64,000 nt of DNA from Ignavibacteriota bacterium (GTDB lineage: Bacteria; Bacteroidota; Ignavibacteria; UBA10030; UBA6906). The notes beneath the pieces are model-generated. The model was not told the DNA's origin. It ran no database searches and saw only the letters and a program-made list of their open reading frames with translations. How positions within the stretch are numbered: the first letter of the stretch is position 1; each line of letters begins with the position of its first letter. Below, piece after piece: positions 48,751-57,329 of the stretch. Position numbers and translations under genes: made by a program. The DNA lies in the NCBI GenBank assembly GCA_963843525.1, contig CAWJKM010000003.1, forward strand, positions 477,033 to 541,032. The letters run 5' to 3'.

Positions 48751-49664
48751 CCGTGGCCAATGGCGATGAACCATACGGGAGGGCTGAACGGGAGGTTCCG
48801 TTCGACGGCCGGATTCTCGGGGCGATAGAGAATGCCTTGAGGGAAGACATCGGGATGGGGGATATCACCGGTGACTCCACGCTGGATGCAGACGCGCGGA
48901 CGGGCGGTGAATTCCTCGCAAAGGCTGATGGGGTCATTGCCGGCATCGAAGTGGCGGGAGCGGTCTTTCACCTCACCGATGAAGAGGTGGTGTACCGGCC
49001 TGTGGTGAGCGACGGGACGGGCGTGAAGTCCGGGACGGTGATTGCACTGGTTGAAGGGAACGCGCGAGGAATCCTGAGGGCGGAGCGGGTCGCGCTCAAT
49101 TTTCTGCAACGAATGGGCGGGATCGCGACGATGACGCGGACATACGTCGATGCGGTGCGCGGAACGAAAGCGAAAATCACGGATACGCGAAAGACCGCCC
49201 CCGGGCTCCGCGCGATCGACAAACTCGCCGTGCGCATCGGAGGCGGTGTCAATCATCGCTATGGACTCGATGATATGGTCCTGATCAAGGATAATCACAT
49301 CGTCGCCGCGGGCGGGATCACCGCGGCCGTCCATCGCTGCCAGGATTACCTTCGCGAGCACAACATCAAGGTCGGCATTGAAGTGGAAACAACCTCACTG
49401 AAAGAGGTCAGAGAGTCGCTGTCGCTCAAAGGGCTGCAGCGCATCATGCTTGACAATTTTTCTGTTGCCGCAATGCGTGAGGCGGTCCTTCTGATTGGCG
49501 GACGCGTGGAGGTGGAAGCATCGGGCGGTATTACGCTGGAGAGCGTGAAGGAGGTCGCGATGACCGGGGTGGATTTCATTTCCGTCGGCGCCATCACCCA
49601 CTCGGTTCATGCTCTTGACATCTCTCTGGAGTTCACGTCGGGAACCCATGCCCCCCATGCGTGA
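48747..49664 (+). CDS. nadC: Nicotinate-nucleotide diphosphorylase (carboxylating), quinolinate phosphoribosyltransferase
   Basis: …GDITGDST…ERVALNFLQRMGGIATMT…TRKTAPGLRAIDKLAVRIGGGVNHRYGLDDMVLIKDNHI…; the N-terminus may be slightly over-extended. Confidence 0.85.
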   Translation: MTVANGDEPYGRAEREVPFDGRILGAIENALREDIGMGDITGDSTLDADARTGGEFLAKADGVIAGIEVAGAVFHLTDEEVVYRPVVSDGTGVKSGTVIALVEGNARGILRAERVALNFLQRMGGIATMTRTYVDAVRGTKAKITDTRKTAPGLRAIDKLAVRIGGGVNHRYGLDDMVLIKDNHIVAAGGITAAVHRCQDYLREHNIKVGIEVETTSLKEVRESLSLKGLQRIMLDNFSVAAMREAVLLIGGRVEVEASGGITLESVKEVAMTGVDFISVGAITHSVHALDISLEFTSGTHAPHA

Positions 49665-51108
49665 TCAGATACGAAGTCTGGGGGCCGACACTGCGATCTA
49701 CGGCATCAGCACCATCGTCGGCAGGTTCCTCAATTTCCTCCTTGTCTTCTTCTACACCAACGTCCTCCAGCCCGGTGATTACGGCATCGTGGCCTACGTC
49801 TATTCGCTGGTGGCATTCCTCACGATCCTCTACGGATTCGGGATGGAATCGGCGTACTTCAAGTATGCCTCCACAAAGGAACACGGGACGGACCGTGAAA
49901 ACTTCTCGACGCCGCTCCTGGCCCTGCTGGTGAGCTCGGTCGCGCTCTCTTCCCTCATCACCCTGTTTGCGTCGCCCATCGGCGGACTTGTGGCCGTCCC
50001 CGGCGAGCATGTTTCGATTATTTCGTACGCGGCATGGATCCTGTGTCTTGACACCGTGGCGGCCGTCCCGTTCGCGGCTCTCCGTCTCGAACGGCGTCCG
50101 CGCCTTTTCGCGCTCATCAAGACGGTCAACATCGTTGTGAACGTCGGAGCCAATCTTGTCCTCCTCCTGATCTATCATGCAGGCGTGGAAGGAATTTTCC
50201 TCAGCGGATTGATAGCGTCCGGGGCGACTCTTGCACTCCTGCTGCCTGTTATCATCCGTCGGTTTGAACTCCGGTTTACGCCACCCTTATTCAGGACCAT
50301 GCTGCGTTTCGGCCTTCCCTATGTTCCTGCAGGCCTGGCGAGCATGATGATCCAGGTGGTCGACCGACCGATCCTCAGGGCTATGACCGACGATGCCACG
50401 GTAGGCATCTATCAGGCGAACTACCGCCTCGGCATCTTCATGATGCTTGTGGTTTCGATGTACGACTATGCGTGGAGACCGTTTTTTCTCTCCCATGCAA
50501 ATGATCCGGACGCGAAGGCACTCTTTTCGCGTATTCTGACCTATTTCGTCCTTGTCGGCTCATCCATAACGGTCATCCTCTCGCTGTTCATGGATGATTT
50601 CGTGAAGATTCGGGTCTTCGGGCACAGCCTCATCAACCAGGAGTATTGGCCGGGACTGCCAATTGTCCCCGTGGTCCTTCTGGCATATCTCTTCCTTGGG
50701 GTTTACAATAATCTCATAGCCGGCATCTATATTAAGGAGAAGTCCCGATATCTCCCGGCCATTACCTTTGCGGGGGCAGGAGTGAATGTCATTGTCAATA
50801 TTCTTCTCATCCCGCCACTGGGAATGATGGGGGCTGCGATTGCCACCCTGGCAGCCTACGCAGCTATGGCGCTGACATTGTATATTGTAGTGCGGAGATT
50901 CTACCCGGTTCCGTACGAATGGGGCCGGATTGGGGTGATCCTCTCTTGTGGATGCGTCTGCTACATACTGTACAGGCTTGTTCCCCCGGTCTTTACGCCG
51001 ATCCTCTGGAAAACTCTTCTGGTGGCGCTTTTCGGTGGCTCGCTCATTCTTTTTAGGGCGGTTCGTCTCAGTGGATTGAGATCGTTCGGGAAGGCAGGTG
51101 AGATGTAA
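49648..51108 (+). CDS. Polysaccharide biosynthesis protein, Wzx/MOP-family flippase-like (third in window)
   Basis: …GADTAIYGISTIVGRFLNFLLVFFYTNVLQPGDYGIV… and 12-14 TM helices. Start uncertain (49609, 49648 or 49657); it overlaps the end of nadC. The last codons are embedded in the first linker-like unit of the downstream repeat array. Confidence 0.6.
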   Translation: MPPMRDQIRSLGADTAIYGISTIVGRFLNFLLVFFYTNVLQPGDYGIVAYVYSLVAFLTILYGFGMESAYFKYASTKEHGTDRENFSTPLLALLVSSVALSSLITLFASPIGGLVAVPGEHVSIISYAAWILCLDTVAAVPFAALRLERRPRLFALIKTVNIVVNVGANLVLLLIYHAGVEGIFLSGLIASGATLALLLPVIIRRFELRFTPPLFRTMLRFGLPYVPAGLASMMIQVVDRPILRAMTDDATVGIYQANYRLGIFMMLVVSMYDYAWRPFFLSHANDPDAKALFSRILTYFVLVGSSITVILSLFMDDFVKIRVFGHSLINQEYWPGLPIVPVVLLAYLFLGVYNNLIAGIYIKEKSRYLPAITFAGAGVNVIVNILLIPPLGMMGAAIATLAAYAAMALTLYIVVRRFYPVPYEWGRIGVILSCGCVCYILYRLVPPVFTPILWKTLLVALFGGSLILFRAVRLSGLRSFGKAGEM

Positions 51109-51113
51109 GGAAC

Positions 51114-51813
51114 TGTAGGACGGGACGCCAGTCCCGTCCCTGAGAGGGTCGGGTCAGCGACCCGACCTACAGATCGTGGGAGATGTGAGGCATTGTAGGA
51201 CGGGACGCCAGTCCCGTCCCTGAGAGGGTCGGGTCAGCGACCCGACCTACAGATCGTAGGAGATGTGAGCCACTGTAGGACGGGACGCCAGTCCCGTCCC
51301 TGAAAGGGTCGGGTGAGCGACCCGACCTACAGATCGTAGGAGATGGAGGCACTGTAGGACGGGACGCCAGTCCCGTCCCTGAGAGGGTCGGGTCAGCGAC
51401 CCGACCTACAGATCGTAGGAGATGTGAGCCATTGTAGGACGGGACGCCAGTCCCGTCCCTGAGAGGGTCAGGTCAGCGACCCGACCTACAGATCGTAGGA
51501 GATGTGAGCCACTGTAGGACGGGACGCCAGTCCCGTCGCTGAGAGGGTCGGGTCAGCGACCCGACCTACAGATCGTGGGAGATGTGAGGCATTGTAGGAC
51601 GGGACGCCAGTCCCGTCCCTGAGAGGGTCGGGTCAGCGACCCGACCTACAGATCGTAGGAGATGTGAGCCACTGTAGGACGGGACGCCAGTCCCGTCCCT
51701 GAGAGGTCGGGTCAGCGACCCGACCTACAGATCGTAGGAGATGTGAGCCATGTAGGACGGGACGCCAGTCCCGTCGCTGAGAGGGTCGGGTCAGCGACCC
51801 GACCTACAGATCG
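51114..51813. repeat. Tandem array of ~8.8 copies of an 80-bp noncoding repeat, each unit carrying two 9-bp-stem hairpins nested in a 7-bp outer stem
   Basis: Unit is TGTAGGACGGGACgccaGTCCCGTCCctgagaGGGTCGGGTCagcGACCCGACCTACAGatcgtaggagatgtgagccac. Unit starts at 51114, 51194, 51274, 51353, 51433, 51513, 51593, 51673 and 51751, a period of 78-80 bp. All frames carry stops. Only a few point variants occur between units. Confidence 0.9.
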
Positions 51814-51866
51814 AAAATAAATAGTCGGGATTAGGGATTTCACACAATAACAGACGCAGAGGATAG

Positions 51867-52898
51867 ATGTCATCGAAGGAGCAACAAAGCAACAAGGCGC
51901 TATCGTCCGACCAGATTCTGCTTGGCGGCCAGGCGGTGATAGAAGGAGTGATGATGCGGGGGCCGCAGTCGATTGCCACGGCCGTCCGACGGCGAGACGG
52001 TGTCATCGTGGTTCACAAGGAGGCGTTCATTCCTCTCACGCGGCGGTATCGTATCTGGCGATTCCCTATCCTCCGCGGGGTGGCTGGATTTTTTGAAATG
52101 ACCGTGCTCGGAATCCGGATGCTCAATTTCTCGGCAGACGTAGCGATACATGACGGGGAACCGGAGGGGGAGGAGGCGAAGGTCGGAGAGAAACACGGAA
52201 AGGGGGCGGGGGGGTGGAGCCTTGCCCTGGCCGTTCTGGTGTCGCTTACTGTCGCCGTAGGGTTATTCTTTGTAGTCCCCATTCTGCTTGCGACCACGTT
52301 GTTCAGTGTCTCCCAGGATCCCCTCGTGTTCAATTTCGCCGCGGGCTCGATACGCCTCTTAATCTTCCTCAGCTATCTTGCACTGATAGCCAGAATCCCC
52401 GACGTACGACGTCTCTTCATGTATCACGGGGCAGAACATATGACGGTGTTCGCCTTCGAGCGTGAAAAGACTGTCACGGCGGAAGCGGCGTCGCGCCAAT
52501 CGCGGTTTCATCCGCGGTGTGGAACGAGCTTCCTGCTCATAGTCGTGTTTGCATCAATCGTCCTCTTCTCTTTGGTGGATGCCGTGATCCTGTACTCCAC
52601 GGGCAGTATCACCCTTCCGCTGAGACTCCTCTGGCACCTGCTCCTCCTGCCGCTCGTGGCAGGGAGTTCCTATGAGGTGATCCGCTTCTCCGCGAGGCAT
52701 GCAGAGACTTTCCTCGGCCGTCTTATTATGAAGCCCGGACTTCTGCTTCAACGGCTGACAACCAGAGTTCCAACAGAAGACCAGCTCGAGGTGGCGGTGG
52801 CGGCACTGCAAGCCGCCCTTGAACAAACACAGGATCTTCCTGTCGCGCAGGCAGAAGCCGGGAGCGGTGAGAGCTTGCGGGTTGCGGCGCTGGGTTAA
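51867..52898 (+). CDS. DUF1385 domain-containing protein (YqhQ-like)
   Basis: …LGGQAVIEGVMMRGP… is the hallmark of DUF1385, with several internal hydrophobic segments. It sits immediately upstream of prfA, a commonly conserved arrangement. Confidence 0.7.
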   Translation: MSSKEQQSNKALSSDQILLGGQAVIEGVMMRGPQSIATAVRRRDGVIVVHKEAFIPLTRRYRIWRFPILRGVAGFFEMTVLGIRMLNFSADVAIHDGEPEGEEAKVGEKHGKGAGGWSLALAVLVSLTVAVGLFFVVPILLATTLFSVSQDPLVFNFAAGSIRLLIFLSYLALIARIPDVRRLFMYHGAEHMTVFAFEREKTVTAEAASRQSRFHPRCGTSFLLIVVFASIVLFSLVDAVILYSTGSITLPLRLLWHLLLLPLVAGSSYEVIRFSARHAETFLGRLIMKPGLLLQRLTTRVPTEDQLEVAVAALQAALEQTQDLPVAQAEAGSGESLRVAALG

Positions 52899-52928
52899 AC
52901 GACATCTTCTTGAACGTGGGCAAATATC

Positions 52929-53993
52929 ATGCTGGATAGACTTGAAAAAGTACGGGAGCGGTACGAAGAACTCACTGCACTCCTGAGCGAGCCGGGCGTC
53001 GTGGCGAATCAGGAGCGCTTCCGGAATCTGAGCAGGGAACACAGTCAGCTGACTCCGGTGATCAAGGCATACGATCGATATCGAAAGGCCAAAACCGATC
53101 TCGAGGAGACAAAGGAACTTGCGGAGAACTCTCAGGACCCCGAGCTTCGTCAGATGGCATATGGCGAGCTGGAGGGGGCGAGGGCGCGGATGGCTGAACT
53201 TGAAGAAGAATTGAAAGTTCTTCTGATCCCCAGGGATCCCAACGACAGCAGGAATGTGATCGTGGAAATCCGTGCAGGGACGGGCGGGGATGAAGCCGCG
53301 CTCTTCGGATCGGATCTCTTTAGGATGTACTCGCGCTATGCGGAAAAACGGGGGTGGAAGGTTGAAGTCCTTGATCTCTCCGATACCGGGATGGGAGGGA
53401 TCAAAGAGATTTCCTTTTCGATGATCGGTGAGGACGTCTACGGTTCCATGAAATTCGAAAGCGGTGTCCACCGCGTGCAGCGTGTTCCGGAAACGGAGGC
53501 GCAAGGCCGCGTGCATACGTCTGCCGCCACCGTCGCTGTTCTCCCGGAGGTGGAGCAGGTGGAAGTGGAGATCAATCCCGCCGATCTCATGATCGACACC
53601 TTTCGTTCGGGAGGGAAGGGCGGACAGAACGTCAACAAAGTTGAGACCGCGGTCCGGATCACGCACAAACCCTCGGGGATTGTGGTCGCCTGCCGGCAGG
53701 AGCGTTCGCAGTTCCAGAACAGGGAGCGCGCGATGAAGATGTTGCGGGCGAAGCTCTACGAATCAAAGATTGAAGCGCAAACCGGTGATGTTGCAGCACA
53801 GCGCAAGCAAATGGTGAAGAGCGGAGACAGGAGCGACAAGATCCGGACATACAATTTTCCACAAAACCGGGTGACCGATCATCGGATCGGAGTCACGCTC
53901 TACAATCTCTCTGAAATCATCGACGGTCACCTCGACGATCTTGTTGAGCAGCTCAAGATCGCTGACCGTGCGGAGAAGCTGCGGGGGGGCTGA
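52929..53993 (+). CDS. prfA: Peptide chain release factor 1
   Basis: …[12 protein letters not shown]…, a PET-like tripeptide region and …[20 protein letters not shown]… (GGQ motif); 354 aa. Confidence 0.92.
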   Translation: MLDRLEKVRERYEELTALLSEPGVVANQERFRNLSREHSQLTPVIKAYDRYRKAKTDLEETKELAENSQDPELRQMAYGELEGARARMAELEEELKVLLIPRDPNDSRNVIVEIRAGTGGDEAALFGSDLFRMYSRYAEKRGWKVEVLDLSDTGMGGIKEISFSMIGEDVYGSMKFESGVHRVQRVPETEAQGRVHTSAATVAVLPEVEQVEVEINPADLMIDTFRSGGKGGQNVNKVETAVRITHKPSGIVVACRQERSQFQNRERAMKMLRAKLYESKIEAQTGDVAAQRKQMVKSGDRSDKIRTYNFPQNRVTDHRIGVTLYNLSEIIDGHLDDLVEQLKIADRAEKLRGG

Positions 53994-54142
53994 CGGCACG
54001 CTCTCAGGGGAAGGGTGTTTTCTGGAGCCGTGTCGCTCTTGACGTCCGGGAAGTGAAAGCCTTGGTCTTTTTTGTGCACTCTGCTAATAGTCGCCTTTGC
54101 CAACCAACTCGCAGAAACTTGTAACTTTATTTTTTCTCCCTC

Positions 54143-54229
54143 TTGACAATTGAGACTTGCGCCTTTATCTTTATGAAAACGTTTACAGTGGGTCAACATT
54201 TTTTTTCTCTTCTTATGTAAACGTTTTCA
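54143..54229 (+). promoter_or_regulatory. Putative sigma-70-like promoter with two LacI-family operator palindromes
   Basis: TTGACA at 54143-54148 with a 17-bp spacer to TATCTT. Operator-like sites TGAAAACGTTTACA (54174-54187) and TGTAAACGTTTTCA (54216-54229) are mutually inverted. Both fit the LacI-family consensus TGnAANCGNTTnCA. They lie 28-83 bp upstream of the LacI-family gene. Confidence 0.5.
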
Positions 54230-54256
54230 TAACCTTTCAACCATCCCCAGGGTACG

Positions 54257-55267
54257 TTGAGCACCACCATCAAAGAAGTCGCCCGGCATGCCGGTGTGTC
54301 TATCGCGACGGTCTCACGCGTCTTTAACAATACCGGCCCCGTCGAAATAAATACCCGCGCGCGGGTCCGTGCCTCCGCGTTGGAATTGCGCTATGTCCCG
54401 AATGCCCTTGGTCGAAACCTGAGCCGTCGACGCACCGACGCAATTGGACTCCTGCTGCCGGACCTCTTTGGGGAATTCTTCTCGGAAGTCATTCGCGGCG
54501 CTGACGAAACGGCGCAAAGTCAGGGATACCATCTCCTGGTGTCCAGCTCGCACAGCAACCGGCAGGAGATCGAAGCTGCTCTGAAAATGATGCGGGGACG
54601 TGTCGATGCTCTCGTGATCATGTCGCCGCATATCGACGCCCAGACACTGAACGCCAACCTTCCGCGGAATCATCCCGTGGAGCTTTTGAACTGCCAGGTG
54701 GAGGACACCTCGTTCGATTCACTGAACATCGACAACTATGGCGGCGCGTACAGCATGGTGGGACACCTCATCGAACATGGACACCGGAGTATTGCCATCG
54801 TGACCGGGACACCCGGTAACATCGATGCGGAAGAGCGGCTTCGTGGCTACCGGGATGCGATGGCCCAGGGAGGTTGCCCCCTGGACGATGCTCTGGTGAT
54901 CCGCGGAGATTTTTCGGAATCATGCGGGGTACGGGCCGTGGAGCAGATCCTCGCACTCAATCCCGTCCCGACTGCGGTCTTCGCCTCCAACGATTCGATG
55001 GCGATAGGAGTTCTCGGGGCGTTCCATCACCGGGGGGTGCAAATCCCCGAACAGATGGCCCTGGCAGGGTTCGATGATGTCCCTGTCGCGTCCTTCCTCT
55101 CCCCCCCGTTGACGTCCGTCCAGGTGGGAATTCATAATCTCGGCGTGCTTGCAATCAGCCGTGCGATCGACGCGATCAAGCTCGGGGAATCGTTTCAAAC
55201 CCGACAGGCAATTCTCCCAACGACCTTGAGGCTCCGGGAATCTTGCGGTTGCCCTTCCGTCATATGA
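54257..55267 (+). CDS. LacI family transcriptional regulator
   Basis: HTH N-terminus …TIKEVARHAGVSIATVSRVFNN… followed by a periplasmic-binding-protein-like sugar-binding domain. Apparent TTG start. Confidence 0.85.
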   Translation: MSTTIKEVARHAGVSIATVSRVFNNTGPVEINTRARVRASALELRYVPNALGRNLSRRRTDAIGLLLPDLFGEFFSEVIRGADETAQSQGYHLLVSSSHSNRQEIEAALKMMRGRVDALVIMSPHIDAQTLNANLPRNHPVELLNCQVEDTSFDSLNIDNYGGAYSMVGHLIEHGHRSIAIVTGTPGNIDAEERLRGYRDAMAQGGCPLDDALVIRGDFSESCGVRAVEQILALNPVPTAVFASNDSMAIGVLGAFHHRGVQIPEQMALAGFDDVPVASFLSPPLTSVQVGIHNLGVLAISRAIDAIKLGESFQTRQAILPTTLRLRESCGCPSVI

Positions 55268-55373
55268 CGATGCCTGTGTCGTGCCCCGCTGGTTGGTGAA
55301 ACCAAGGCTGTAGTGGTGTGGTACATTCAATTCCATGCAGTGTCAATCTCATTACGTATTTATGGAGGGTTCT

Positions 55374-57245
55374 ATGAGTAATCGCAGACTATTTCTTCTC
55401 TTCGCTGTGTGCGTGGTGGCGACCACAAGCCTCTTCGCACAGTTCACACCGCGAAAGGACTACGTGTGGGCAAGGGATATCTCTGCCGCCGCAAGTCCGA
55501 CGATCACCGTTGATGGAATGCTCTCAGAAGCCGTGTGGGCGCAGGCGGAATCCGTTCTCGTCACGTACGGCGCCATCGATGGCAATCCGGGAAGTGGCTA
55601 CAAGATTACGAATGGCACCGGAACGCCGACGGACTCCACAAGGGCCGTGCTCAAGTTCCTGGTGGACAAGACCACGAACACCCTGTACATTGCGGTGATC
55701 GCCGAGGACAGCTCGATCGGCGGAGCCGGGTGGGAGAACAGCGACGGAATACTTGGCGGCATTTACGAGCGTGCGGCACGCGAACCGAATCTCGGTATCA
55801 CGCTCCAGCGCGATATTTTCATATCCTTCGTGGACTCCTCAGCGCCGAACGCCACGTTCAATTTCAAAGGCGGGAACCTCCCGAGCCGCGGAGTCATCAC
55901 GGCCGCCGGAACGATCGATGGGACGGCCAACATCGATACAAATGCATCCGGCGTTGCAACGTATGACAAGAGTTGGACCCTTGAAATGGCCGTGTCGCTG
56001 GACAGCCTCGGCTACAATGCCAACACCGCGACCACTGATGAAGTCCAAATGTGCATGGACATCTGGGATGCAGACTGGGTGCATGGTGGCAAGTCTGGTA
56101 TTGCGACCAAGGCGTGGTGGGGGAACGAGTGGGGCAATAATGGTCAGGGACTTGCAGCGCGGGTGCTCCTTCGGAACGACGTGACCGTGAATTCCGGTCC
56201 ACTGCCGTACTACCCCTACGATCTCGTGATCCCCAACGGGGCAAACTATGCGACACCAACAATTGATGGGAGCCTGCAGGATACCGTTTGGTCGAAGATT
56301 CCGGGCTTCAACATCCATTATGGGGATGCTGCTCTCCGTGCTACCTATCCCACAATTGGAAAGGACCGGAGCGGCAACTTCAAAGCGAAAGGCGCCACAG
56401 CGTTCGATGCTGGCATCGCGAAAATCAAATTCTTCTTCAAGGGCGACGTGCTCTATCTTGGCGCCGATATCGCGGATAAGTCACTCAACTCCTACGTGGG
56501 CGATGACTTCCTGGATGCAGTTCAATTGAATATCAATGTCCCGACCGACACACTCTACGACAAGAACGTCCACCAGATGGCTGGCAAAAGGTTCGGCGTC
56601 GCCATCGATTCATCGGCCAGTCATACGCGCGGTTTGTGGGATCTCACGGACTCCACCTTTGCCGCAGCGGTCACGTATGCGGCGAGCCTGAAGCCGGGCT
56701 CAACGGTCGACGACAACTCTGACGTGGACGCCGGCTATACGGTTGAAATGGCGGTGGATCTCTCGAAGCTCGGCTACCCTGCCGGCGCGCAGAACAAGGT
56801 GGTTGCCATCGGTGTCGATTATCATGACTACGACATTGCCACCGACACCTCTGCGTACCGTGTCTGGTGGTTCCGTGAATGGCCGTGGGCCGCGTCTCCC
56901 GCGTTCTGCGTGCTTGCGAATGACACACTCCTGACCGCTATCGGCAGCCAACCGACCACGACGGCGACTTCCTTCAGTCTTCTCGGCAACTATCCGAACC
57001 CGTTCAATCCGTCGACGACAATCCGCTTCAATGCCCGCGACAAAGGCACAGCGAGACTGATCGTATACGATGTTCTCGGGCAGAAAGTGCGGGAAATGAC
57101 CGCTGCGGCGACGCCGGGTCAGAATGAGGTCGTGTTCAATGCCAGTACTCTTGCAAGCGGCGTCTATTATTACCGGGTGGCATTCCAGACCGCATCGGGG
57201 ACGACGCTGACCTCAGAAGCGAAGATAATGACGCTGTTGAAGTAA
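55374..57245 (+). CDS. Secreted protein with two CBM9-like carbohydrate-binding modules and a T9SS C-terminal sorting domain
   Basis: Signal peptide MSNRRLFLLFAVCVVATTSLFAQ. Repeated …DG.L.E.VW… modules resemble CBM family 9. C-terminus …NYPNPFNPSTTIRF…IVYDVLGQKVREM…SGVYYYRV… is a T9SS tail. Confidence 0.65.
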   Translation: MSNRRLFLLFAVCVVATTSLFAQFTPRKDYVWARDISAAASPTITVDGMLSEAVWAQAESVLVTYGAIDGNPGSGYKITNGTGTPTDSTRAVLKFLVDKTTNTLYIAVIAEDSSIGGAGWENSDGILGGIYERAAREPNLGITLQRDIFISFVDSSAPNATFNFKGGNLPSRGVITAAGTIDGTANIDTNASGVATYDKSWTLEMAVSLDSLGYNANTATTDEVQMCMDIWDADWVHGGKSGIATKAWWGNEWGNNGQGLAARVLLRNDVTVNSGPLPYYPYDLVIPNGANYATPTIDGSLQDTVWSKIPGFNIHYGDAALRATYPTIGKDRSGNFKAKGATAFDAGIAKIKFFFKGDVLYLGADIADKSLNSYVGDDFLDAVQLNINVPTDTLYDKNVHQMAGKRFGVAIDSSASHTRGLWDLTDSTFAAAVTYAASLKPGSTVDDNSDVDAGYTVEMAVDLSKLGYPAGAQNKVVAIGVDYHDYDIATDTSAYRVWWFREWPWAASPAFCVLANDTLLTAIGSQPTTTATSFSLLGNYPNPFNPSTTIRFNARDKGTARLIVYDVLGQKVREMTAAATPGQNEVVFNASTLASGVYYYRVAFQTASGTTLTSEAKIMTLLK

Positions 57246-57329
57246 CCACGCTACCGTATCGACTTCCTGGCGCCTGTCCAGCTGGCAGGCGTCGGGGGGC
57301 TCGATTCCGGCTATCGGTTCCTGACATTA

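Noticed and set aside
51114-51813. Possible CRISPR array
   Set aside because: Whole 80-bp units are near-identical, with no variable spacer segments. The unit length and internal double-hairpin are unlike CRISPR repeats, and no cas genes lie nearby.
52554-53666. 370-aa minus-strand ORF
   Set aside because: Antisense to prfA, whose identity is certain (GGQ motif).
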